Positions 17,971 through 28,700 of a stretch of 64,000 nt of DNA are shown here, one piece after another; the first letter of the stretch is position 1, and every line of letters starts with the position of its first letter. Both the position numbers and the translations under genes were made by a program. Source of the stretch: Terriglobia bacterium. Its GTDB lineage: Bacteria > Acidobacteriota > Terriglobia > JAJPHL01 > JAPKYU01. Location: positions 96,001-160,000 of the forward strand of contig CBDBKE010000002.1 of the NCBI GenBank assembly GCA_965206645.1. The letters run 5' to 3'. The notes below the pieces were generated by a model. The model saw only the letters and a list, made by a program, of their open reading frames with translations, was not told where the DNA came from and searched no databases.

Positions 17971-20553
17971 TCAGTGGTTTGTGACAAACTCCCTGGAGCT
18001 GATCAAGGCCCAGGCGATGCTTCGGATAGCCTCAGGCCGCGAAGCGCTGGCGCTGATCCGTTGCTGCAACTCCTTCTGTTCGGCATCCGAAGGAAGGCGC
18101 GACAAGGCAGCAAGGTAGAGCTCCTCGATGATCTTCCCGTCGGAGGCTCCACTCTTTAGGAGGCGGTCCATGCGCCCGCCCTCTTTCGAAAGCTTCTCGG
18201 TGTAGGTGTCTCCGGCCAGCATGTGCAGGGCTTGCTGCATGTTGCTTTCGTTCCTTCTCTCCGGCACGGCCATCCGGTTCGGGCGGCCATACACTTCGAG
18301 GAACCGCGAGGGCAACATGTCGGTCTCCACTACATTAATCGCGCGAGACCCCGGAGGCAGCGCGCCCGGCAAACTTGAGAAGTCCGTCGCGAAGCGACGC
18401 AACGTCTCCGGAACCCCGGTGGCCGCGGAGATGGCATCCAGCAGCACTTCGGCGTCAAGCCGCCTGGGGATGAAGTGTGAGTAATTGATCCGGTCATCAG
18501 CGTTCGTCTCATTCGGCACGCTGGAGAGCTGATAAGTCCGGGAGTTGACGATGGTTCGCATCAGATGCTTGAGATCGTGGCCTCTCTCTCGAAAGTCCTT
18601 GGCGAGGGCCTTCAGAAGGTCCGGATGGGTTGGCGGATTCGTGGACCGAAAATCATCCACCGGGTCGACGATCCCCCTCCCGAAGAAGTACCCCCACGTG
18701 CGGTTGACGGCGGCCTCGGCGAAGTAAGGATGCGAGGTCATCCACTCGGCCAGTTCCGAGCGCAGGTCCGCCCGCTCTGACTCCGGCAACTGCTGTCCAT
18801 CGAGGAAAGTTGGCTGAACCACCGCTTTGGTCCGCGGATGCGTCACGAACTTGCTCTTTCCCGTCTGCCCGTAGTCGACTTCCTGGCCGGCGGGATCGTC
18901 ATACAGCACCGAACCGTGCAGATTGTAGTCCTGTGGACCAAACTTCACCGCATTCATCCGGCCGAAGAAGGCGGTCAGGCCCCAAAACTGGTCCTGGCTC
19001 CAGGTCTCGAAGGGGTGATTGTGGCACTGCGCGCAATCGAATCTCCGCCCCAGGAAGACGCGCACCTGCTCGCCCATCTTCTGCTCCGGGTTCCGCTCTT
19101 CTCCCGCAGGAAAGTAATGGGGGGCGGCGCCGCCGTAGCCCTGCGCGGCGATTCGCTCGCGGGCGATCTGGTCGTACGGCTTGTTCGCGGCGATGCTGGC
19201 GCGAATCCATTTCCAATAATTATGTGCCGATCGCGGGTCAATCTGGTTCTTATACCGGCCCACGCGGAACAGATCGGCGAAACGGAACGTCCAGTAGTCG
19301 ATGAATTCCGGCGTGTTCAGCAGAACTTCGACCACCTTCTGCCGTTTCCGCCGATCCTTGCTGGCCGCAAACTCGCGCACCCGCTCCGGCGGCGGCAAGA
19401 CCCCGGTCAGGTCCAGGCAGAGGCGACGCAGGAATTCGTTGTCACTGGAAAGCTCCGAAGGAATGCTATTGAACTTCTTCAGCTTGGCGAACACGTAGTC
19501 GTCGATGAAGTTGTTGTGCGGCACTTTCGGATACCGGGCGATTGGTTTGCCAATCACGCCGACGCTGGTGCTCGTCGCAAACCCTGCCGCGCGAACCATC
19601 ACCGAAGTTTCCCCGGTCCGCACCGCAGCCACCCGACCCTGCTGATCCACCTTCACCACCTCGGAGTTGTTCGAGGCGTATAGCACCTGGTCGCTGATGT
19701 CCTCCTGTTGGCCATTCGACAGATGCGCGGTCACCAGCAGCCGGTGCTTGCCCTCCGGAGCCAGCACCACTTCGCGAGGCTCCACCTCGACCCGCACCAC
19801 CCGCACGCCCGCCTTGTCGCCTTCCTCCCCGAACGGCGCACCGTTCCGCACCCAGTTCAGGATCGTTTCGTAGTCAGCCGAGTTCGGACGCAAGGGCTGC
19901 CCGCCTCCGTGCGAAACACCCATCGTCGCTTTCATCAACAGCAGGCTCTTCTCGGGCTCCTGCAGGTTGATCCGCGAGACTTTTTCACCTGCCTCCGTGG
20001 TCAGGACCTGGAACGTCCCCCCTTCGACAATCCACTGGTAGTCATCGCGGGCGTAGAGCGCGTTCAGAGAGAGCTTGAATCCGCCCTTTCCTTTCACACC
20101 CCCGTGACAGGAGCTGTCATTGCAGCCGCGCTTGGTGAGGATGCCGCCAATATCCCGGGCGAAGCTGAACTGGCGGGTCTCCTGCGAGCCCGCCACTCGA
20201 ACCTCGGTCTTGACCGACCGTCCTTCCAACGACACCGTCAAGACTACGCTTCCATCCGCCAGCGCCACTACTCGCCCCTCGGCATCCACCTTCGCCACCT
20301 TGGAATCCGAAATCGAGAACCGGCTCTCGGCGGTCACATCTCGCTCCAGACCATCGCTGTATTTTCCAATGACCAGGAAATGCTGGGATGCCTTCGCTCC
20401 CCACAGTGTTCGCTCCTGCGGTATCAATCGCAAGGACCGCAGTTGGGGGGGGGCAGACACGGCCTGGGAAGCGCTCGACAGGCCCAGAACGGCCCCAACC
20501 AACAGGACCGTCCATCGTCTTTTCCGTCCGCCCAACATTGTGTTCACCAACAT
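17971..20553 (-). CDS. DUF1549/DUF1553 protein with Ig-like (Big_2) domains
   Basis: CNDSSCHG, CAQCHNHPF, NPPTHPDLL, two Ig-like segments; start at 20553 or 20538. Confidence 0.88.
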   Translation of the reverse strand: MLVNTMLGGRKRRWTVLLVGAVLGLSSASQAVSAPPQLRSLRLIPQERTLWGAKASQHFLVIGKYSDGLERDVTAESRFSISDSKVAKVDAEGRVVALADGSVVLTVSLEGRSVKTEVRVAGSQETRQFSFARDIGGILTKRGCNDSSCHGGVKGKGGFKLSLNALYARDDYQWIVEGGTFQVLTTEAGEKVSRINLQEPEKSLLLMKATMGVSHGGGQPLRPNSADYETILNWVRNGAPFGEEGDKAGVRVVRVEVEPREVVLAPEGKHRLLVTAHLSNGQQEDISDQVLYASNNSEVVKVDQQGRVAAVRTGETSVMVRAAGFATSTSVGVIGKPIARYPKVPHNNFIDDYVFAKLKKFNSIPSELSSDNEFLRRLCLDLTGVLPPPERVREFAASKDRRKRQKVVEVLLNTPEFIDYWTFRFADLFRVGRYKNQIDPRSAHNYWKWIRASIAANKPYDQIARERIAAQGYGGAAPHYFPAGEERNPEQKMGEQVRVFLGRRFDCAQCHNHPFETWSQDQFWGLTAFFGRMNAVKFGPQDYNLHGSVLYDDPAGQEVDYGQTGKSKFVTHPRTKAVVQPTFLDGQQLPESERADLRSELAEWMTSHPYFAEAAVNRTWGYFFGRGIVDPVDDFRSTNPPTHPDLLKALAKDFRERGHDLKHLMRTIVNSRTYQLSSVPNETNADDRINYSHFIPRRLDAEVLLDAISAATGVPETLRRFATDFSSLPGALPPGSRAINVVETDMLPSRFLEVYGRPNRMAVPERRNESNMQQALHMLAGDTYTEKLSKEGGRMDRLLKSGASDGKIIEELYLAALSRLPSDAEQKELQQRISASASRPEAIRSIAWALISSREFVTNH

Positions 20554-20603
20554 CTCCTCAGCTGCGGCTGAAACTTCGATTTGAACTCCCCCCCTTACTC
20601 GCA

Positions 20604-20633
20604 AGTGTACATCCAGGTGTCCTGTCGGGTCAA
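20604..20633 (-). promoter_or_regulatory. Sigma70-type promoter for the DUF1549 operon
   Basis: Minus-strand TTGACC-N18-TACACT. Confidence 0.5.
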
Positions 20634-20741
20634 GTCCGGATCGCCACACCCTTCATTAGCCTGGCTATCGGAAGCTGTACATTCCGCGACGGATACTGGT
20701 CTCGGATTTCCACGCCCGAATCTCCCCCAGGTCCGCCAAGG

Positions 20742-20771
20742 TTGACTTGATGGTCGGCACGCCGGTAGACT
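20742..20771 (+). promoter_or_regulatory. tRNA promoter
   Basis: TTGACT-N18-TAGACT ending 9 nt before the tRNA. Confidence 0.6.
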
Positions 20772-20780
20772 GATTGGCAC

Positions 20781-20857
20781 GCGCCCGTAGCTCAGTTGGA
20801 TAGAGCGACTGGCTACGAACCAGTAGGTCGGGAGTTCGAGTCTCTCCGGGCGCGCCA
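20781..20857 (+). tRNA. tRNA-Arg (ACG)
   Basis: Acceptor stem GCGCCCG/CGGGCGC, D-loop AGTTGGATA, anticodon arm ACTGG-CTACGAA-CCAGT, GTTCGAG T-loop, encoded CCA. Confidence 0.97.
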
Positions 20858-20990
20858 TTTTTCTCACAGTTCCGCTCTTTTTGCGCTGAATCCTTACGCT
20901 CACTGTAGCGAGAAATGTAGCGGGTGCCTGTCGAACGGCGTGCACAGCCAAGGTCCGGCCCGAGGCATGATCTTCGGTAGGAATCCCCCC

Positions 20991-21364
20991 GCGAGGCAGG
21001 TTGGAGGCGGGAAGCAGACCCCGCAAGTCAGCGGAACGGCCAAGGGCGAGCCACGGTGCAACCCGGAAGAGTGACGATGAGAGCTTGAGCCGACTGGGTA
21101 GCTACCGTGTACTTTCGGGCGAAGCTGGAAGCTCAAATCGGGAGTTCGAGGCTAAACTTTGGTTCGTACCCTGTGTGGGCTGACTGGAACCCGGGGCGAA
21201 TGAAAAGCGGTGGTCTTTCAAGCGGATCCGTTGGTGGAGTACAAGGGCTTCTCTATCAAGCGGCGAGTTGGAGCAATGCCAGAAGGGCCGTGGCGAACTT
21301 GATCCAACGGAGCAGCCAGCGTATGCTCTGGGTCGAAGGAGGAAGCTCAAAAGGGAAATTTCGG
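20991..21364 (+). mobile_element. Two tandem degenerate IS1380 right-end remnants
   Basis: 20991-21151 aligns by eye to the IS 3' tail; 21200-21300 encodes fragments VVFQAD and PLVEYKGFLYQAASW; ends GAAGCTCAAAAGGGAAATTTCGG. Confidence 0.75.
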
Positions 21365-21554
21365 TTAAGTAAAGTGTTTTGATAAATCAACGGGCCGGAG
21401 CAATGATCAAGTGTTCGGCGCTGGGGTAGATAAGTAGGCTAGGCAGGCCCGAGTCAGTAGAAATCTAGTTGTTTTTAATTACATTGAGGATAAAAACAAT
21501 TAAGTTTGCAATTATGCAACAAGCCTTTCAGGTCAGTCAGGCCAACTTAGCCAC

Positions 21555-23348
21555 ATGCTGCTGAGAAACAGGACAGGAGTGGCACAGAAGCTGAGCCGGC
21601 GGAAGCGTGGGGTCGGCTTGACGTTGGCCTTGTTGTCTTTTCTCGCCGCCCTTGTGGGGCTGTCGGAGACCGCTTCTGCTCAGCCGCGCCTACCAATACG
21701 TTTCATTGACGTGGCAGGAAAAGCAGGCGTGACCCTGCGGAACGTTTCGGGAGGGCCCAGGAAAGACTATATTCTGGAGGCGGCGGGCAACGGAGCAGCA
21801 TTCTTTGATTACGATGACGATGGGGACATGGACCTGCTGCTTGTCAACGGCTCCACATTTGAAAAGTTCAAGCAAGGCGGCGGTCCGATGGTGGCCCTCT
21901 ACAGCAATGACGGGAAAGGGAAATTTTCGGACGTCACTGGCCAAAGTGGCCTGACCAAAAAAGGCTGGGGCATGGGCGTTTGTGTGGCCGACTATGACAA
22001 TAGCGGGTTCCAGGACATCTACGTTACTGCCTACGGGCCGAACATATTATTTCGAAATAAGGGCGACGGCACCTTCGCCGACGTAACGGAGCCAGCAGGC
22101 GTAGGCGATTCCCACTGGAGCACTACTTGCGCTTTTGGTGATTATAATCGCGACGGATACGTCGATCTTTACGTAGCAAATTACGTCGCGTTCGACGAGG
22201 AGACAACTCCCGGGCGGGGCACCAGTTCACTCTGCCAGTACAGAGGGATGGACGTGTTCTGCGGACCGCGCGGCCTCCCCGGCGAGCCCGATGTGTTGTA
22301 TCGCAACAACGGCGATGGCACGTTCAAGGACGTGACGCACTCTGCCAAAATCGACGATCCTGGATACTATGGGTTTGGGGTTATTTTCAGCGATGTGAAC
22401 AACGATGAGTGGCCCGACATCTATGTCGCCAATGATTCAACACCCAATTTTCTCTTTCGGAATAATAAGGACGGGACCTTCTCTGAAGTGGGATTAGAAG
22501 CTGGTGTGGCTCTCAGCGAGGAAGGACGGCCACAGGCAGGTATGGGCGTCGACGTGGGGGATTACAACAACGACGGCTATTTTGACATCTTTGTTACAAA
22601 TTTTTCCGAAGATACGAACACTCTTTACCAGAATAACGGGGACGAAACGTTCAACGTCGTGACCTCCGCGGCCGGTCTAGGGCGATCCTCCCTACCGTAC
22701 CTTGGCTGGGGAACGGGCCTGGTGGACCTTGACAATGACGGCTATCTCGACATTTTCATCGCTAACGGGCATATTTACCCCAAAATTGATCAATTTGCGT
22801 TTGGCTCGACATTTCTAGAACGTAACCAGCTCTATCAAAATCAAGGAAACGGACGCTTCCTGGAGCTCACCGAGGAGCTGGAGGTCGGTCTTCTAACTAG
22901 GAAGTCAAGCCGAGGAGCTGCGTTTGGCGACTACGATAATGATGGAGATGTGGATATCCTGCTCACCAACCTTGATGACCGTCCAAGCCTGCTGCGTAAT
23001 GAGGGTGGAAACAGAAATCATTGGGTCACACTTCGGCTGGTGGGCCGCGTGGTGGGCCGACTGGTAGGAAGGAAGAGCAACCGAGACGCGATCGGGGCGC
23101 GGATCACAGCAGAAATCGGCGATCGGACGCAAACCACCGAGGTCCGATCTGGAGGGAGTTATCTCTCCCACAACGACTCGCGTGTTCACTTCGGATTGGG
23201 TCAGGAAACTCACGTTAATCGTCTTGAAATACGTTGGCCGAGTGGGTTGGTGGAAAACTTCCGAGATATCCAAGGTGATCAGTTCCTGCAAGTCACTGAA
23301 GGTCAGGGCATGACACCCATCAAGACCATTCGGAAAAAAGGCAAATAA
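21555..23348 (+). CDS. CRTAC1-family protein (FG-GAP/VCBS repeats + ASPIC/UnbV)
   Basis: Repeated DYDxDG motifs, NRDAIGAR, GGSYLSHNDSRVHFGLG, IRWPSG. Confidence 0.92.
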   Translation: MLLRNRTGVAQKLSRRKRGVGLTLALLSFLAALVGLSETASAQPRLPIRFIDVAGKAGVTLRNVSGGPRKDYILEAAGNGAAFFDYDDDGDMDLLLVNGSTFEKFKQGGGPMVALYSNDGKGKFSDVTGQSGLTKKGWGMGVCVADYDNSGFQDIYVTAYGPNILFRNKGDGTFADVTEPAGVGDSHWSTTCAFGDYNRDGYVDLYVANYVAFDEETTPGRGTSSLCQYRGMDVFCGPRGLPGEPDVLYRNNGDGTFKDVTHSAKIDDPGYYGFGVIFSDVNNDEWPDIYVANDSTPNFLFRNNKDGTFSEVGLEAGVALSEEGRPQAGMGVDVGDYNNDGYFDIFVTNFSEDTNTLYQNNGDETFNVVTSAAGLGRSSLPYLGWGTGLVDLDNDGYLDIFIANGHIYPKIDQFAFGSTFLERNQLYQNQGNGRFLELTEELEVGLLTRKSSRGAAFGDYDNDGDVDILLTNLDDRPSLLRNEGGNRNHWVTLRLVGRVVGRLVGRKSNRDAIGARITAEIGDRTQTTEVRSGGSYLSHNDSRVHFGLGQETHVNRLEIRWPSGLVENFRDIQGDQFLQVTEGQGMTPIKTIRKKGK

Positions 23349-23395
23349 TAGAGCCTCCGCGTTCTGCGTTTCCTTGTCTTTCAAAGATAGGCCCG

Positions 23396-25564
23396 ATGAC
23401 GAGAAGAGTGATCGCAATGGCCGGCAAGGACAATGCTTGGTTGCTGGTGGGTTTGCTGTCGCTCGCCGTGTGGGCCTTCGCGGGAGACTTCGCCTCGGCG
23501 CAGGCGTCGGACTGGGAGACCTACATGGAGGTAGCGACCAAGGCCTATCGGGAAGGCCGATACGCCGAGGCCGAGAAGCAGCTCAAGGCTGCCCTGAAGG
23601 AAGCAGAAGCCTTCCAGCCAGAGGATCCGCGCTTGGCCACGAGCCTGAACAACCTGGCGGGGCTGTATCATGCCCAGGGCAAGTACGGGGAAGCCGAACC
23701 GCTGTTGAAGCGCTCGCTGGCGATGCGGGAGAAGGTTCTGGGGCCGGAACATCCCGTTGTGGCCAGGAGCCTGAACAACCTGGCGGGGCTGCATCACGCC
23801 CAGGGCAAGTACGCGGAAGCCGAACCGCTCTACAAGCGCGCGCTGACGATCCAGGAGAAGGCTCTGGGGCCGCAGCATCCCAGCGTAGCCGCAAGCTTGA
23901 ACAACCTAGCGGTGCTTTACGACACCCAGGCCAACTACGCGGAAGCCGAACCGCTCTACAAGCGCTCGCTGGCGATGCGGGAGAAGGTTCTGGGGCCGGA
24001 GCATCCCGATGTGGCCATGAGCCTTAATAACCTGGCGGAGCTTTACCGCGCCCAGGGCAACTACACCGAAGCCAAACCGCTTTCGAAACGTTCGCTGGCG
24101 ATCCGGGAGAAGGTTTTAGGGCCGCAGCATCCAGATGTGGCCACGAGCCTGAACAACCTGGCGGGACTTTATCACACCCAGGAGAACTACGCGGAAGCCG
24201 AACCGCTCTTCAAGCGCTCGCTGGCGATCCGGGAGAAGGTTCTGGGGCCGCAGCATCCCGATGTGGCCACGAGCCTCAATAACCTGGCGGAGCTTTACCG
24301 TCTCCAGGGCAACTACCCGGATCAGTTCCCGCTCAGGTTCGCCGCAGCCGAACCGCTCTTGAAGCGCGCGCTGGCGATCCAGGAGGAGGTTCTGGGGCCG
24401 CAGCATCCAGATGTGGCCACGAGTCTTCACAACCTGGCGGTGCTGTATGACACCCAGGCGAACTATCTCGCAGCCGAACCGCTCTTGAAGCGCGCGCTGG
24501 CGATCCAGGAGAAGGTTCTGGGACCGCAGCATCCAGATGTGGCCAGGAGCCTCAACAACCTGGCGGGGATTTACCGCACCCAGGGCAACTACGCCGAAGC
24601 TGAACCGCTCTACAAGCGCTCGCTGGCGATGCGGGAGAAGGTTCTAGGGCCGGAGCATCCCGACCTGGCCACGACCCTCAATAACTTGGCCGGGCTGTAC
24701 GACAGCCAAGGCAACTACGCGGCAGCCGAACCGCTCCACAAGCGCTTGCTGGCGATCCGGGAGAAGGTTCTGGGACCGGAGCATCCCGATGCGGCCCAGA
24801 CCCTCAACAACCTGGCACGGCTTTACCGCAACCAAGACAACCACGTGGCAGCCGAACGGCTCTTCAAACGCTTGCTGGCAATCCGGGAGAAGGCTCTGGA
24901 GCCGGAGCATCCCGACGTGGCCACGAGCCTGAATAACCTGGCGGAGCTTTACGACATCCGGGCCAACTACGCCGCGGCCGAACCACTCTACAAGCGCTTA
25001 CTGGCGATCCAGGAGAAGGTTCTGGGACCGGAACATCCCAAGGTAGCCACGAGCCTCAACAACCTGGCGAAGCTTTACCGCGGCCAGAGTGAGTACGCCG
25101 AAGCCGAACCGCTGTTGAAGCGCGCGCTGGCAATCCAGGAGAAGCTTCTGGGACCGGAGCATCCCGACGTGGCGAGCAGCCTCGACGGCTTGGCCGAAAT
25201 CTACCGCAAGCAAGGTAAATATGGCGACGCCGAGCCGCTGTTCCACCGCGCGCTCGTGATCCGGGAAAAGGTCCTGGGGCCGGAACACCCCGATAACGCC
25301 ATCACCCTTAGGAACTTGGCGACTCTCTACCGCGAGCAGGGCAAATATGACGACGCGGAGCCACTCTACAAGCACGCGCTCGCGGTCTGCGAAAAGGCAG
25401 TGGGCAAAGAGCATCCAGAAGTCGCCACGATCCTGGACAATTATGCCGTCCTGTTGGAAAAGACGAACCGCAAAGCCGAGGCAGAAAAGGCCGAGGCCCA
25501 CGCTCGGGCCATCCGGGCCAAGCACGCCCAAGATAACCCGCCCAAGATAACCCGACAGAGATAA
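23396..25564 (+). CDS. Secreted tetratricopeptide repeat protein (15 x 42-aa kinesin-light-chain-like repeats)
   Basis: Signal peptide then LGPEHPDVAxSLNNLA repeats with a C-terminal cap. Confidence 0.93.
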   Translation: MTRRVIAMAGKDNAWLLVGLLSLAVWAFAGDFASAQASDWETYMEVATKAYREGRYAEAEKQLKAALKEAEAFQPEDPRLATSLNNLAGLYHAQGKYGEAEPLLKRSLAMREKVLGPEHPVVARSLNNLAGLHHAQGKYAEAEPLYKRALTIQEKALGPQHPSVAASLNNLAVLYDTQANYAEAEPLYKRSLAMREKVLGPEHPDVAMSLNNLAELYRAQGNYTEAKPLSKRSLAIREKVLGPQHPDVATSLNNLAGLYHTQENYAEAEPLFKRSLAIREKVLGPQHPDVATSLNNLAELYRLQGNYPDQFPLRFAAAEPLLKRALAIQEEVLGPQHPDVATSLHNLAVLYDTQANYLAAEPLLKRALAIQEKVLGPQHPDVARSLNNLAGIYRTQGNYAEAEPLYKRSLAMREKVLGPEHPDLATTLNNLAGLYDSQGNYAAAEPLHKRLLAIREKVLGPEHPDAAQTLNNLARLYRNQDNHVAAERLFKRLLAIREKALEPEHPDVATSLNNLAELYDIRANYAAAEPLYKRLLAIQEKVLGPEHPKVATSLNNLAKLYRGQSEYAEAEPLLKRALAIQEKLLGPEHPDVASSLDGLAEIYRKQGKYGDAEPLFHRALVIREKVLGPEHPDNAITLRNLATLYREQGKYDDAEPLYKHALAVCEKAVGKEHPEVATILDNYAVLLEKTNRKAEAEKAEAHARAIRAKHAQDNPPKITRQR

Positions 25565-25670
25565 CCCCGGAGAAATGAAACAGAAATAGGCTATCTGCAA
25601 AGCAGGTCTCCGAGGCCATGATTTCTTAGCCTGTTGTCCTTTGCCAACAGGTCATCCATAGTAGTCCTGA
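25546..25670 (+). repeat. About 120-bp trailer repeat, copy 1
   Basis: Homologous to 30859-30978; shared core gaaataggctatctgcaaagcaggtctccgaggccatgatttctta. Confidence 0.9.
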
Positions 25671-25731
25671 GGAGCAGATTGGCCGTAGGAACCCGAAATC
25701 TGTTCGCGCTTGCTTCCGCAAGTAAGGCCCG

Positions 25732-28700
25732 ATGACGAGAAGAGTGATCGTAATGGCCGGTAAGGAGACCGGCAAGAAGAATGGCCGGCAAGGAGAATGG
25801 CTGCTGGTGGGTTTGCTGTCGCTCGCCGTGTGGGCCTTCGCGGGAGACTTCGCCTCGGCGCAGGCGTCGGACTGGGAGACCTACATGGAGGCGGCTACCA
25901 AGGCCTACCGGGAAGGCCGTTACGCCGAGGCCGAAAAGCAGCTCAAGGCTGCCCTGAAGGAAGCGGAAGCTTTTAGGCCAGAGGATCCGCGCGTGGCCAC
26001 GAGCCTGAACAACCTGGCGGGGCTGTATCATGCCCAGGGCAAGTACACGGAAGCCGAACCACTCTTGAAGCGCTCGCTGGCGATGCGGGAGAAGATTCTG
26101 GGGCCAGTGCATCCGGAGGTGGCCAGGAGCCTGAACAACTTGGCGGGGCTGCATCACGCCCAGGGCAACTACATCGAAGCCGAACCGCTCTACAAGCGCG
26201 CGCTGGCAATCCAGGAGAAGGCTCTGGGGCCGGAGCATCCCAACGTAGCCACGAGTCTCAACAACCTGGCGGAGCTTTACCGCGCCCAGGGCAACCGCGC
26301 GGCAGCCGAACCGCTCTTCAAGCGCGCGATGGCGATCCGGGAGAAGGTTCTGGGACCGGAGCATCCCAATGTGGCCACGAGTCTTAGCAGCCTGGCGGCG
26401 CTTTACCACGCCCAGGGCAACTACGCCGAAGCCGAACCGCTCTTCAAGCGCGCGCTGGCGATCCAGGAGAAGGTTCTGCGACCGGAGCATCCCAGCGTAG
26501 CCACGAGTCTCAACAACCTGGCGGCGCTTTACCACGCCCAGGCCAACTACGTCGCAGCTGAACCGCTCTTCAAGCGCGCGCTGGCGATCCAAGAGGAGGT
26601 TCTGGGGCCGGAGCATCCCGATGTGGCCAGGAGCCTCAACAACTTGGCGGGGATTTACCGCGCCCAGGAAAACTACGCGGCAGCCGAACCGCTTTACAAG
26701 CGCGCGATGGCGATCCAGGAGAAGGTTCTGGGGCCGGGGCATCCCGATGTGGCCACGAGCCTCAATAACCTGGCGGAGGTTTATCGCGTCCAGGCCAATT
26801 ACGCGACGGCCGAACCCCTCTACAAGCGCGCGCTGGCGATCCAGGAGAAGGTTCTGGGACCGGAGCATCCCAGCGTAGCCACGAGTCTTAGCAACCTGGG
26901 GGGCCTGTACAACACCCAGGCCAACTACGTCGCAGCCGAACCTTTTTTGAGGCGCGCGCTGGCGATCCAGGAGAAGGTTCTGGGGCCGGAGCATCCCGAC
27001 GTGGCCATGAGCCTCAACAACCTGGCGGGGATTTACCGCGGCCCGGGCAATTACGCGGCAGCCGAACCGCTCTACAAGCGCGCGCTGGCGATCCGGGAGA
27101 AAGTCCTGGGGCCGGAGCATCCCGATGTGGTCTCGAGCCTTACCAGCCTGGCGGAGCTTTACCACATCCAAGGCAACTACGCCGCAGCCGAACCGCTCTA
27201 CAAGCGCTTGCTGGCGACACAGGAGAAGGCTCTGGGCCCGGAGCATCCCGATGCGGCCCAGATCCTCAACAACCTGGCACGGCTTTACCGTGCCCAAGGC
27301 AACGACGCGGCAGCCGAACCGCTCTTCAAGCGCTTGTTGGCGACCCGGGAGAAGGTTCTGGAGGTGGTGAGGGCCGGGCCGCAGTCCAGGCCCGCTTCCA
27401 CGGCTCCCCCGATCGCCTTTGTGGATGAGACGGCCCGCTCGGGCGTCAACTTCAAGACCGCGAACAGCAAGACCTCGGAGAAGTACCTGATGGAATCGAT
27501 GGTGGGCGGCGTGGCGATGCTGGATTTCGACGCCGACGGGCTGCTGGACCTGTTCCTGGTGAACGGGGCGGCGCTGGCGGACCCGATGCCGGAGGGCGCC
27601 CGGCCCGACAAATCCGAGCCGCGCTATTGGAACCGGCTGTACCGCAACGACGGAGACGGCACCTTCACCGATGTCACGGAGGAAGCGGGCGTGGCGGGGT
27701 ATTCCTACGGGATGGGGGCGGTGGCGGGCGACTATGACAACGACGGGCATGCGGACCTGTACGTCACCAATTACGGGAACAACATCCTGTACCACAACAA
27801 CGGCGACGGCACCTTTCGCGACGTGACAGAGCAGGCGGGCGTAGGGGGCGGGGGCTGGTCGGCCAGCGCCGCCTTCCTGGACTATGACCGCGATGGCCAC
27901 CTGGACCTGTTCGTCACGCGCTACGTAGTCTGGGACTTCCAGTTGAGTCCGTTCTGCGGGGATCGCAGGCCTGGCTACCGCGGGTACTGTCACCCCCGGC
28001 ATTTCAAGCCCATTTCCCACCTGCTCTACCGTAACAATGGCGACGGCACCTTCACCGATGTGTCTGGGCCATCGGGGGTGGAAGCCTCGCCCGGAAAAGG
28101 GCTGGGCGTGGCGGTACACGATTTCGACCGCGACGGCTGGCCTGACATCTTCGTGGCCAACGACTCGTTCCCGCAGCAGCTTTTCCGCAACAACGGCGAC
28201 GACACCTTCACCGAAACCGCCCTGCCGCTGGGCCTGGCTTATGACGACGACGGGAAAACGTTTGCCGGGATGGGGACTGACTTCGGCGACTACGACAATG
28301 ATGGCTGGCCCGACATCTTCGTCAATGCCCTGGCTGCCCAGCGCTATGCGCTGTTCCGCAACGATGGCGACTCGTTTGAATATGCCTCAGGGCCCACCGA
28401 GGTCGCTCGCATCACGCTGCTGCACTCCGGCTGGGGCACCAAGTTCGTCGATTTCGACAATGACGGCTGGAAGGACCTGATGGTGGCCCAGGGCCACGTG
28501 ATGGACAACATCCACTTGCAGCAGCCCTTCGCGCGCTATCTGGAGCCGCTGCTGCTGATGCGCAACCTGGGCGGCCGCTTTGAGGATGTATCCCAGCAGG
28601 CGGGCCCGGCCTTCCAGGTCCCGCTGGCCGCCCGCGGCGCGGCCTTCGGCGACCTGAACAACGACGGGCGGCCGGATATCGTCGTCAGTGTCCTGGACGG

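Noticed and set aside
25591-28119. 842-aa minus-strand ORF and the many other long antisense ORFs
   Set aside because: Shadows of GC-rich sense genes; no motifs, and they fully overlap well-supported CDSs.
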